NCBI GenBank assembly: GCA_028534125.1
Contig: CM052816.1
Location: forward strand, 22,260,001 to 22,324,000
Direction: 5' to 3'
Source: Lama glama
Taxonomy: Eukaryota
DNA length: 64,000 nucleotides
The first letter of the stretch is position 1. Each line of letters begins with the position of its first letter. Shown here piece by piece: positions 1 to 11,805 of the stretch. The notes under the pieces are model-generated. The model was not told the DNA's origin. It worked only from the letters and a program-made list of their open reading frames with translations, and ran no database searches. Both the position numbers and the translations under genes were made by a program.

Positions 1-1680
1 GAGATTTGTATATTCATATACTTTTCTGTTACTAATTATCATCCTTTTCATTTCAGCTTGAACAACTCTCTTTAACATTTTTTTTGGCTGGTCTAGTGAT
101 GATGAATTTCTGTAGCTCTTGCTTGTCTGGAAAACTCTTGATTTCTCTTCCACTTCTGACGGACAGCTTTGCTGGTGGAGTATTCCTGGTTGGCAGTTTT
201 TTTCTTTTAGCACCTAGAGTATGTCTTCCTGCTCCCTTCTTTGTGCAACGTTTCTGCTTTAAAATCTGCTAAGAGACAGGGGGAGAGAGGCTTACCTTGT
301 TTGTAAAAAATTGGGTTTTTTTCCTTGCTGCTTTTAAGATTTTTTTTTTCTTTTGTCTCTGTTTTTTGACAGTGTAATGATAATGTGTCTCAGTGTGGGC
401 TTCTTTCTGATCGTTTTATTTGGAACTCTCTGGACTTCCTACATCTGGGTATTTATCTATTTGAGAAGGGTTGGGAATTTTTCAGGCAATATTTCTTCAA
501 ATAAGCTTTCTGCCCTGGCCGTGGTCTTCTCCTTCTGGGACCACTGTAATGTGAATATTGACCTCCTTGATGTTGTCTCTTAAGTCCTTTAAGCTGTCTT
601 CACTCTTTCTCTTTTTCTTTTTCTTTTTCTTTTTCTTTTTTTTCCTTTTTACTCTACTCCTTTGATTGGATAAATTCCAGCTTGCTGTTCCTTTCTTCCA
701 TATGACTTGCTCTTTTGTTGAATCCCACTGTTGAATTTTTCAGTTTAGTAATTGTGTTCTTCAGCTGTGTGATTTTTCTTTGGTCCCTGTGTCTGTTGAA
801 ATCCGCATTTTCATGCGTTGCCCTCTTGACCTCAGTGAACATTTTTATGACCATAATTTTGAACTCTTATGAGGTAAATCACTTATCTCCATTTTATTAA
901 GGTCTGTTTTTGAAGTTTTATTTTGTTCTTTTGTTTGGAACATGTTCCTCTGTTTGCTCATCTTCCTGGGCTCTCTGAGTTGGTTTCTGTGCGTTACACG
1001 AAGCAGTCACGTCTCCCGGGTGTTTTGTACTGGTTACAGGTCGGAACTGAAAGTTATCATTCAGCCTGGCCCAAGTTCTTGGTTGTTTCCCAAACCCTGT
1101 GATTGTCTAAAGCCACCTTCTTTGTCACTGAAGGTGTGCCAGGACCTATCAGCGTCCCAAAGGGGAGGCTCTCAGTCAGCACCTAGAGGCAGGCTGACTT
1201 GAAGCCAGACTCTCAGGCAGCAGCTCTTAACCTATGCTAGTAGACCCCTTTCAGAGAAAGACTGGGAGCTGGGTGTTGCTGTCACTGAGCCATGGGAGGG
1301 ATAGCTAGTTAAGAATTGGTTGATTGTTTTCAACCTTATGGGACCCAAGAACTAAAGCCCTGTTGGCCACCAGAACTGAGCAGTCAGAAGATGCGTCCCC
1401 GGGAGGCAGCTGCAGTAGCTGCGTGCCAGATGTGTGTAAGCTCGTTCCAGGAAGACACCGGGTGACCTGGAACAGGCAAGAGGGGAAACATGGACCTGTT
1501 CTGTGGGCACGGTCTTAGTCTGTCTATACGTGTGCTAAATTAGAAGTCTGGCCCTCAGGTAGCAGCTTTTAAAGTATGCACGTAGCCTTTGCCAGAGAAA
1601 GACTGGGGGAGGTGGGTATGACTCATGGTGACCAAGCGTGCTGAGCCCTGGGTTGACAGCTGATTGAGAAGCGCTTCTTT
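1..1680 (-). mobile_element. Old LINE-1 ORF1 remnant and 5' UTR (L1M-type)
   Basis: Minus ORF 654-854 (KITQLKNTITKLKNSTVGFNKRASHMEERNSKLE) resembles the ORF1p coiled coil. Diverged direct repeats at about 1190-1320 and 1535-1670 resemble 5' UTR monomers. Confidence 0.8.
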
Positions 1681-2718
1681 GCTGCAGTGAACGGGCTCTT
1701 CTTTTTGATAAAAACTTGGTTAAAAAAACATTGGTGGCTAGTTGTTATAGAGTTGTTTGTTTTTAATGAGAAAAATCATTCATCCTAATAGCTTTCCAAA
1801 TATTTCAAAAAACAAAGACAAAAACTGTAAAATATTATTCAGGGAGTACAGGAGGTTAACAAATGGGCGTATAAGGTAGGAGCTTGCGCAACGGCCAGGA
1901 GACACCAAGTGAGTGCCAGAGGCTCTCAGATTGGAGGGAAATAGGGCAACATCACGAACTGCTTTTCAAGGTGTTACCAGATGAGTTCCTGTGTTTAAAG
2001 TGCTTAGAAGTGTACCTGGCATGTAGTAAGACTCTTAAGAATTACCTGTTACTTTAAAATACTCAGATATCGATCTTCAGAGCTCCTGTTTCTGAACTAC
2101 TGAGCCATCAGGATGACCTGAGTCCTGTTAGCCGTGCGTGTTCCTGGCCCTGCCCCACACCTGCTGGGTCTGAAATTCTGCAGGGAGAGGCCAGCAGCCT
2201 GTACTCTAACCCCGTCTCTGCCCCGGACCCTGAGTACACTGAAGTTTGCTTTCCAGGTGTCACCCAATATAAAACCTAGAGCAGCAGTGACAGTTGAACT
2301 ACTCTGTGGGACATAGCATGACTATGAAGCGAAAAAAATAAAACTGATGCGTAGTTTTTTTGTGCAAAAATATAAAATCCAATTGGCATCACTTTTTTTG
2401 TTGTTTTACATCTTCCGTATGTAATAAGTCCTTGAGAAATATTTGGTCAGAATGTTGGATAAGACAGGTTTTAGAGAACTGAGCTGACATTGTTTCTTTA
2501 AAATCCTGTATTCATTCAGCGGCTGTTTATTATCCAATGTGTCAAGCACAGCTGTGGTCACAGAGGAACCCTTAGTGTGGTAGGAAAATCAGAACTGTAC
2601 GCAGATGAATTTTCATACAGTATTTTAAGTGTTATAATTGAAATAATGAGCCTTGTGCTCTGAATACTTACTAGACCCAGCAGCCTCAACTCAGAAGGTT
2701 CTGTTTGAGCAGGTCTGG

Positions 2719-2892
2719 TTTTTTGTTTGTTTGTTTTTTTTAACAGATATTTTATTTATTTACTTTTTGTTTTAGGAGGAGGTAATTAGGCTTATGTATT
2801 TACTTACTTATTTCACAGAGGTCCTGGGGACTGAACCCAGGACCTTGTGAATGCTAAGCATGCGCTCTACCCCCGAGCTGTACCCTCTCCCC
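2719..2892 (-). mobile_element. Vic-1-like tRNA-derived SINE, inserted in an L2 remnant
   Basis: Minus strand ggggagagggtacagctcgggggtagagcgcatgcttagc...gtcctgggttcagtccccag has A/B boxes, followed by an A-rich tail. Confidence 0.9.
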
Positions 2893-3261
2893 AGGTGGGG
2901 TCCTAAGTAATGAATAGGCAGTGCCAAGTGGGAAGAGGTTTGGCTGAGGGCACGTCCCGTAGTTTTTCGACATTACTACCATGAAAGACACTGTTTTCGT
3001 TTTTTGTATAAATGAGACCCACTAGGAAAATCTTTTTCCTTTATTACAAAAAGTAGCAAATCTATTGTAGTGTTATTATAGCTTTTGTTAGCCATTGTTT
3101 TCCGTCAGATGAACTGGATGGAGAATAGGAGGCAGTTTGAAAGCAGCTCATGTTCTTAGGGAATCACTGTAAGCGGCATCGAGGAAGAAAGTTACTGTTT
3201 GTTTCAGAAATCCCCAGTGCCCAGTGACCCTGGTAATATTTCAGAAAATTAGCTTATTTCA

Positions 3262-3803
3262 GAGGCTCTCAAACTTTTGTTTTTGCTGCCCTTAACTCCA
3301 GTAACTTTTTTCATGGCGCTCCTAGGATGAGAGAAATGCTTTACAGATTTATTTAGTATCTAGTTAGCTCCAGACAACTTAATGAGTATTTATGTCCTAA
3401 CAGTTGAGTCACTGTTTGAAATAATAACACACGTACATAGAAGAAATAAATTTTTATTTCATTCCCACATAAGCATGATTACATATGAGATGTGTGTGCC
3501 TGCTGGGTTCTGCCCCGCTCCTCAGGATGTGGGGTCAGCCAGCACACCGCCTCCTCCCCCTCCCGTTCCACACTGACCCCTGTGCCGTACCTGGGCTTCT
3601 GGCACGGCAGCCGCTGACGGCTGTGCTTTGCAGAGATACGCTGTTGAAAAGAGCATGTGCTCTTTTGAAATTTTGAGTATCTTGAGGTAGGAGCTCACGT
3701 AGTATTTGTACATATGTTGAGGGTCACTGTGTTTCCTCAAATTGAAAATATCCTGTGGGCGCCTGGCTGTCCGCTGGGCCCTCAACACAATCTGGAATAG
3801 TGG
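3262..3803. mobile_element. hAT-Charlie non-autonomous DNA transposon (Charlie4a-like)
   Basis: Starts cagaggctctcaaact; the internal acaacttaatgagtatttatgtcctaac and the 3' ttgaaaatatcctgtgg match the remembered Charlie4a consensus along its length. Confidence 0.8.
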
Positions 3804-4198
3804 GTTTACTTGATACAATTCACAGGTCGGGGGTTCAGTTTTACTGTCTCTCTCCAGGTTACAGTTAAGTCAGTAGCATATTTTTCTTTCTCAAGCTTTC
3901 AGATTCTTAGGCAACACTGGCATAAGTGGCTGCTGTCTTCTAGCTGGGAAGTGCCAGCTTTTTTCCACTGTCCCCAGTGGCAGGCACTTCCATTTTTTAT
4001 TTACACTCCATGTCCATTTCTAGAAGGACTTGAGGCTGCTCTACCCTGTGCTCTTACGTAGACCTCCTGTGACCCTCTAGGACCTGGCCTTAAACTGCTC
4101 CTCAGTGGCAGGTGTTTGCACACAAACCGGCCCAGAAAATGCTCTTGGAGGAAGTTTCAACTTGTAAGTCACTGTTTTTCAAGAAGCTGTGCTTGGCA

Positions 4199-4344
4199 GG
4201 GAGGTGGGTATAGCTGAAGTGGTAGAGCATGTGCTTAGCATGCACAAGGTCCTGGGTTCAATCCCCAGGACCGCCTCTAAAAGTAAATAAATAAATAAAC
4301 CTAACTTCCTGCACCTCAAAGAAACAACAAACAAAAAAAATTTT
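4199..4344 (+). mobile_element. Vic-1-like SINE with diverged TSD
   Basis: gggtatagctgaagtggtagagcatgtgcttagcatgcacaaggtcctgggttcaatcccc, (taaa)n tail; flanks aagaagctgtgcttgg (4181-4196) and aaaaagctatacttga (4345-4360). Confidence 0.92.
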
Positions 4345-4444
4345 AAAAAGCTATACTTGATAAATATTGTAGCTGTGTGAGGGAGGTAGTTTATATTGCT
4401 GCAAGATGTTTAAAAATTAAGGCTTAAAAACTATGTGAATTGCG

Positions 4445-5520
4445 ATGTTTATATAGTCATGAATGTGCTCATTCACAAAGCATGAGCTGCTGAGTGGCTT
4501 TGTGCTGTGTATGGCGCTGGCCCTTGTGGACTCGAAAGTTGTATACCTTCTCCATATAGGAGCACTCGTGCCATCCAGTGGACAGTGTAAAGTCAGTGTG
4601 AGACGTGAAGTTTTCTTTGGTGGAGGTGAATATGAGGTGCCCTGGGGGCACAGGAAGAGCACATGACCTCAGAGTAGAAGGGGTGTAAAGAAGCGAGGCC
4701 CGAGTTAGTGAAGTTCAGGAGCAGCAGGAAGGGTCCTTTCAGGCAGAGGGCAGACAGTTGAGCGAGAACTCTGCGTAGTTAGGGGATTTCAAGCAGCAGA
4801 GGAAAGCTTAGAATGTAAGGAATGAAGCCGCGAGCGACAAGGCTGGGGAGAGAAACAGGACTTCAGAGGCTGTGGAGTTTTGAATGTAGTCTGAAAATTT
4901 TGGAAAGCCATTGAGGGCATTTAAAGTGGTGAGTGACATCAGTTCTGTGCTGTAGAAAGGTGTATCCAGATACAGCGTAAAGAACATCGGGAGTAAAGCA
5001 GGTTGTAGAACTGGAAGCAGGTAAGTTGGGAGGCCCGCGCAGAGATGCGGGTGGCAGGCGGCAGGGCCTGGGGGCAAGGCTGTGGCAGTGAGGGGGCTCT
5101 GGGGAGGGCGGAAGGCGGATCCATAGGATGAGGTGCTGATGCGATGTAACAGTGTGAGGGACAGCCCTCCAGTCCGGCTGAAACACTGGGAGGAGTGTTT
5201 TTTCCCAGAACGGACAGTGAAGAGGAGGGCTAGGTTACAGCAGCGATGTTACGTGTTCAGTTGTGGACAGAGGACACTTGGAGCAGCCTCTGGAAATTCA
5301 CATGGACGTGTCCAGTAAGCAGTTAAATGTATAGTCCAGAGTCTGGGGAAGAGAAAATAGACTTCTTCGTCATGAGCATGGAGGTAATAAGGTGAAGACA
5401 TGGGAGAGGGAAGAAAGGGGACTGGGGACACCGTGGAGAAGGCCACCCTACACAGGGTACACAAAAGCAGAGGAGTGGAGGTAGAAGCCAGAGAGACTTG
5501 GGGGAAACCAGAGAGGAGGG
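4445..5520 (-). mobile_element. L2 LINE 3' remnant
   Basis: cattca-type tail at the left, followed by L2-like purine-rich antisense sequence (ggaaagccattgagggcatttaaag, ttcagttgtggaca). Confidence 0.65.
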
Positions 5521-6311
5521 ATCTTTTGGAGAAATAATCTCAGAATACAGCTTTTCTCTGAATTTTTACATTCCAGGTTTTAAAAACAAATTTTTACCTA
5601 GTAATTTGTAAATTTCCTGAGTTGCCTCGATGGCCGTCAGCATGGCAACCCCCGCATCTGTTGTGTGGGCGCTGTATATTTTGCACAGTGGACCCCGGAG
5701 CTGGGTGACCCCGGATGCGGTTCTTGGTGGCTGTGAGGGCCACGTCCTCCGTAGCCGTGATTGGGTTCGAGAGCTTGGCCAAGTAAGACATTCCTGACAC
5801 GTGGGCAAGAGGGCTTGGTTCAGAACAGGGCATGGAACTCTGACGCCAGAGGAAGTCCTGTGGAGACCTCAGAGGAAAGTGGCCTTATTTTTAACAGAGA
5901 GCTGTTCTTCTCTGTGTCATTACACAGAGACGGGGAGACTGGACTTGCAGCTCTGTTGCTACCAGCCTGTGGCTAAAACTGACACGAGGAGAGTGTAGGG
6001 CAGAGCTGAGAAAACTAGAGAATGGAGTAGAAGCTCTGAGTGCATTGAGCACTTGCTGATGGGCCTTATTATTTAAGCCATTTTTATTGCTGTTTTTGGA
6101 TGGTGGTTTTATTTTCAAAGAAGGAACGTGACAGAGTGCACAGAATGGTGCTCATGAGTAGCCGTGTTAAACTAAATGGATGCTGTAGCTAGCCAGGTTA
6201 TGTGGTAGCTGTGCAGCGTTTTTTGTTTTTTGTTTTACACTTGATAATGTATCTTCTATAGTTTGGGGAGGAAGACAGGAAGTGGGTAGGGAACGATGTT
6301 TGAATTGTAAG

Positions 6312-6656
6312 GCATCAAGACATGGAAACAACCTGAATGTCCATTGACACATGATTGGATAAAGATGATGTGGAGCATGTGTGTGTGTGCATACACATAC
6401 ACAATAGAATATTACTCAGCCATAAAAAAGACTGAAATAATGCCATTTTCAGTAATATGGATGGACCTAGAGATTATCATATTAAGTGAAGAAGTTAGAC
6501 AAAGAAAGACAAATACCATATGATATCACTTATATGTGGAATCAAAAAAAATTACAAATCTTATTTATTTACCAAAAGTAGACTGACAGATACAGAAAAC
6601 AAACTTTGGTTACCAAAGGGGAAAGAGTGGGGGAGGGATGAATTAGGAGTTTGGGA
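6312..6656 (+). mobile_element. LINE-1 fragment, ORF2 end and 3' UTR
   Basis: catggaaacaacctgaatgtccattgac...atggatggacctagagattatcatattaagtgaa...ttaggagtttggga. Confidence 0.9.
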
Positions 6657-7399
6657 GGAAAGTAAATGAATTACCAAATCTTTTTAAAAATGTATTAGGA
6701 AAAGAAGAATGCCCACCCCCGTCCTTGTATGCAGCACTCAGCCTCAGTAGTTATTGATGGGGGGACCACCTGTAGCCCCCCACCCCCTCGCCATTGGATA
6801 ATTAAAAGCAAATTCTGGACATCACATTTCATTGAAAAAAGTTTCAGATGTGTCTGTAAAATTTAAACAGCTTTACAGAGGCATAGTTGACAGCAGACGG
6901 GAAGAGCCATTTTCCCTAACCCTCTACACCCTAGCGCGACTGTGCTTTCTAGCGTGCGTCTGGTCCTTGACCGCATGCAGAGTAACAGTTAATATTTGAA
7001 AGATGGCAAGAATTACTCAGATGGTTGACAGTTTTAGTAAAGTTCCCTATGAAGAATAAAGAATAGTGAAGTGTGTTTCCAGGAAGACCTGTGGCTGTGC
7101 TCCAGTCAGCAGTTAGCACGCGGCGGGGCGGAGCGCGCGGCTTCCTGTTGTGCCGTGTGGGGGCCTGGCTCTGGAATTCCCCCCGTTTGCCCACGGCCTG
7201 AATCTCGTCTCTGTCCTGCACTCTGAGTGCAGCACACTGGAGCAGTGGGCTCTTCTTTAAATGTCCACATTGTGTCTGAAAAATACTACACTTTGGCATT
7301 TTAAAATATTTAATTATACCTAGAATGTAGTTTTTTTGATTCATTAAGATTATTATACTAGAAGTCTAAAGAACATCTCAGCCTGTGTCTGGATCCCGT

Positions 7400-8360
7400 C
7401 CTTCAAATACTGATAATCCTTTATTTTTCTTTACCTTCAGTCTCCCCTCTTTTACTGGATCGTTTCTTCAGAAATTAAGCATAACCAAGTCATCTCATCT
7501 CAGTCTCTCCTCATTTTCTCTTCTCCCTTCAGCTGCAGCTGTCTGTCTTCCCCATCCGGAAAGCCAGGCTTTGTCCAGTTGTCTGTGAGTGAGTTCTCTG
7601 TGTCCCACCTCCTGCTGCTCCGCAGGCCCCCCCATGTCCTGCGCTCCTGCCACTGCGCTGGCCCAGCCCTCGGCAGGTGCTCCTTCCTCGGCTGCATGCA
7701 GGGAGCGTGCTTCTCCCTAACTGGCCTCCCAGCCGCTTTCAGCCGATTGCCTGGGTCCCTCTTTGACACTTGGCAGAAGACACGCCTGGTTTTCCTCCTG
7801 GCTTTTAGGCTGTTCCTTGTCGGCCTCCTTCAGTGGCTTCTTTTCCTCCGCCCACCCTCACACAGAGCTTCTTTGTGCGCTTTTCTTCCTGAGAATTCTC
7901 AGTAACTCAGTTTCCTGTCTCTAGTCTAGCCTTTTTCATCTTGTCCACTTGGTGCCCTCCCTTGGCTGTCTCTTAAGTACCTCAGATTCCGTGTGTGTTA
8001 AACTGAATCTTTTATCTTCTCCCTAAAGCGTGGAACTCTTCAGTATTACCTCACCCACTGGATTGTGGACTCTCTTCTCACGCCTGGAATCTGTGCATCT
8101 CCGCTACCTTTTACCTCTCCCACAATTCTCAAAGCCAGTCAGCAACCAGATGCTTTTGGGTTTACCCACTGAACACAGCTTGAATCTATACAGTTCCGTT
8201 TATGCCGCCGACAGTAGAATTCAGGTAACCTCCTTTCACCAGCATTACTGTAATGACTTTTTCTTTTGGCCTCTCCCACCTGCTTTCACTGCTGTAGCCG
8301 TCACAGAGCAGCCTCTTAAAACCATGTTGATGTCATTCCTCTGCTTTAAAAGCTGTGGTC
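7400..8360 (+). mobile_element. L2 LINE remnant
   Basis: Pyrimidine-rich with L2 hallmarks (cctggttttcctcc, ctcttaagtacctcagattc...aaactgaatc). Confidence 0.6.
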
Positions 8361-10134
8361 TTTCTAGCACTAAGGAAGGAAGGACAGACAACTTGCACTT
8401 TTACGCCCTAAGATCAAGGTGAGAATAGATGGCATGAAGAAACCATCCAGGACTAAAGGGAAAGTCTGATTCCTAACTCAGTAAAGTTCAAGGTGAAAAG
8501 TCATCATTTTCAGATTATGAATTAATGAGCTAACATCATCGTGACAGAAGAAGGGTGATGTCTTCGTCCTTTGCCTTTCACTGAGCGTGTTCTCTTTTGA
8601 ACCATTTAGTTACCTGCTTTTGAACGTCCTCCTTCACTATTCGTAATGTTTGTTACGTTATTGTTTACGAGTGAATAGTAATACCGCTCTTTCAGAAGCA
8701 CATCTGTCTTCAGGCACATCCATACATTAATTTATTCTTTCAGGAAACGTTTCTGGGTGAGATGGGTGGCGGCCTGAGTGCTCCGTGCTGACTCTTCTCT
8801 CCCAACATCTTCCTGCAATAATTCAGCTGCTAGAATACATCACTGAACGTGGGTTTGTGGGCCAAGTGTAGCTTTCTGCTGAGCCCCAAACACACCCTTC
8901 CGGAGGAAATGACACCGACTCAGAGCTGTTAGAAGTTGCTTCCGTGTGCTCACAGGGCAAGGGGTGACCAGGACTCCCAGAGGCCTGGAAGTAGATCTTA
9001 TTCTCTGAAATACGCCAGTCCCTCGCCTGCTTAGCAGAGCCCTGTGGCTGAACCAGCTGCCACCCTCTGCAGCCCAGGAGCTGTCGCCCCTGCAAGCTGG
9101 TCACACAGAGCCGTGGGGAAAGTCCACAGTCCTGCAGGTGCCAGTAGCCCATGACTGTAACTGCTGTCCTCTGTCTTCTGGAGATGCCTGCCTTTTCTGC
9201 TCATGGCAGGAGTGTGCCCAGAAACTGGAAGCCTCCCCCTCTACCTGTCAGTCAAGGGGTGTCCTGGGGAAGAAACCCCGAGAGTTTGTCCTGCCCAAGT
9301 GGCTAGGAAATTCACTTCTGCTGGTGACAGTGTATTTGGATGTGCCTAGAGAAAACAGGTTCCTAACAAGGCAGATTCAATGGAAATGTCACAGAATAAG
9401 TAGTATCAGGAAGAAAACAGGCACAAAACTGCTGTTGGCATCGTCTTTTCTCTGCCGTATCCTAGAAAAGACGGTAGCTTCTCAGGGCTCATGGAACCTG
9501 TGCGGTATCATCCCAGATGAGAGCAGTATGAAGGGAAGTATGTTGAATGGGTTGAAAGAGACAAAATCAGAGACTGGGGAAGAACATGGGAAACAAGGTG
9601 GAAGAGACTGTCCTGCATTGGTGGCACTTGGCCTCCCACATCAAAGGGTGGCTGCAGCTGTCAGGTGTGTGGTGAGGGGCAGGGAGTCTGTGTGAGGCTC
9701 CGAAGGTAGCAGTGTGCAAGAAAGGATAGCGGAAAGTCAGTGCCTTTTGCTAAGAAATAGAAAACTGAAGGCCTTAGATAAAGGACGTGGACCCTTCCTT
9801 GGCTGCTGACACCATTTCAACCTGAAACTCTTATGTAACCCCGTGGAGCAGGGCCCCAGAGGACAGATTGAGGTTTTTAACCCTTCAAAAAGGGGCTTGA
9901 AGGAATTAGATTTGGGGAAGTAAAGGAATGACAGTATTTGCTTCCTGGTGATGTAGAGTACAATTCATTCAGTCAGGCATTTTTGACAGCAAAAAAAGGA
10001 AAACCTGTAATACAGAGTCTCAAAGAGATGAGAAAGCAGCGCAACAATGTGATCTCATAGCAAAGGGCTTCCAAAAAAATAACCACAATTGGGGGAAAAA
10101 GTATCTTCCACTTTAAAAAATCACTGATCTGGAG

Positions 10135-10351
10135 CAGGGGTCAGGAAACCAGAATGTGTGGGGCCTTACGTAGCCACCTTTTCTGTGTGCATAAATGTTT
10201 ACTGGAACACGGCTGGACTCGTTTGTCCCCCTGTCGTCCTTAGCTGCTCTCACGCTGTGATGACAGAACAGAGACAAAGCTGTGACCCTGTGTGGACTGC
10301 AAGCCTCAGCGTTCGCTCTCTGGCCTGTAGGAAAATATTTGTGGGTTCCTG
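10135..10351. mobile_element. MER58A-like hAT-Charlie MITE
   Basis: About 215 bp, caggggtcaggaaac...ataaatgtttactggaacac...tttgtgggttcctg. Confidence 0.75.
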
Positions 10352-11703
10352 AAGAGGAACCAGTGGAGTTATTTTCTAATACAGGGAGACTATAAAGAGG
10401 AAGAAAATGATGGACAGAAAGCAGCTAGAAAGGTGTATGTGCACACTCACACACACTCCCTCCCTCCCAGCCCCTTACACACACACAGGCACATCCCGAT
10501 GGCCACGTAACAGGACCTCCAGAAATAGCCAAAGGGAACCCGAGCAATATCGAAGAAATAATAGAAGACAACTTGCATAAGCTGTAGTAAAATCTGTGTT
10601 TAGATAGCAAGACGCCTCCACACGCCCCGCAGAAGGAAAGGAGGGAAGAGCCAGCAAACTGGGAGACGGTAGTGCTACTGCTGAGCTCTGAGGGGGAACG
10701 TACGTACTTCCCAGGACCAGCATCAGGCTTCCTTTGGGACTCTGACCTGTGGCAGGAAAGCTAGAGGACAGCAAAACAAGGTGCACGAGCTTCTAAAATG
10801 ACTCTGTGAACTGTCCGCTTTTGTGGTTTTGTAGAAAATTGTGTTCTAATCCTGCGGAGCTGTCACCTGGGTCGGTCTGGGTAAATGTTTAGGAGTTCTC
10901 AGGAGCCCAGCAACCTTCCAGTAGATGGAGACATAAAATGCTATGTCGGAGGCCACCTAGCCAGTCCTCGTTCCTGGCTTGCCTCGGGTCAGCCGCGGCT
11001 GGCGCCGGGACATCGAGCCGGCTGCGCTCGTGGCCCCTCAGTCAGGTCGCAGCACCCAAGGATGCATAGAAACCCCTTTCCTTCTGTATGGCATATGGAG
11101 GTTCCTGCTATCTGAATACAGGCTTGGGAAATTACGGGGATGTGGTCGTCAGAAATAGGCGGCAGCGGGAAGCCCCAGCCCCGTCGGCCGAGTTGGGTCG
11201 GGGTTTCATGTGCAGCCAGAATAGATCAGAAAACAGTGAATGAGCTAGAAGTAGACCTCTTGGTAGAGTGCAGGGCGATTCTAGTGTGCAAGGGCAGTCG
11301 GGTGTCATCTAAGTAATAGCCATCAAAATGGCATCAGCTTGTTAGTGATGAAAGCTGCAGTGTTTAAAATCAAAATGCTGTCCACAGATCACACCAGTCA
11401 TGGTTAACAGATGATAACTTCACATTTGTCTCTCTTTAATAAAGCCCAAAACTTAAATGGTTATTACACAAATATGTGGATGGCCAAAGTTAGACCAAAT
11501 AATCTATTTTGAGGTGTAAATAATAACCTATTATTTGGGATTTCAGCTTAAGTGACTGGGGTGATACCAAGATTTAGGTACTTTTGTGTCCCGGGCAAAT
11601 ATATTATTACAGAAGGTTATTTGTGCACAGTATATAAATCCATCAGAGTATCTTTTTTTGTGAACAAGATCATTTTCTCAACCCATTATTCCTCATATTT
11701 TAG

Positions 11704-11805
11704 AAAAGGCGCCGGCGGATTGACCGAAGTATGATTGGAGAGCCCACAAACTTCGTGCACACGGCTCACGTGGGGTCGGGAGACCTGTTCAGTGGGATGA
11801 ACTCG
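11704..11805 (+). CDS. CDC42SE2: CDC42SE2 second coding exon (102 nt, codons 19-52): polybasic KRRRR and CRIB motif
   Basis: Acceptor cctcatattttag, translation [34 protein letters not shown], donor TCG|gtaggt. [14 protein letters not shown] fits the CRIB consensus. Phase 0 matches the exon at 45626-45679. Confidence 0.97.

Noticed and set aside
4199..4275. tRNA-Ala gene (also near 2820-2892, 20265-20335, 22200-22273)
   Set aside because: Diverged tRNA-like heads followed by A-rich tails and TSDs are SINEs.
5566..5833. Minus-strand ORFs as an exon of an antisense gene
   Set aside because: No recognisable protein in any frame and no convincing partner exons.
9138..9695. 185-aa plus-strand ORF
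   Set aside because: GTG start, no recognisable homology or exon structure, and intronic location.
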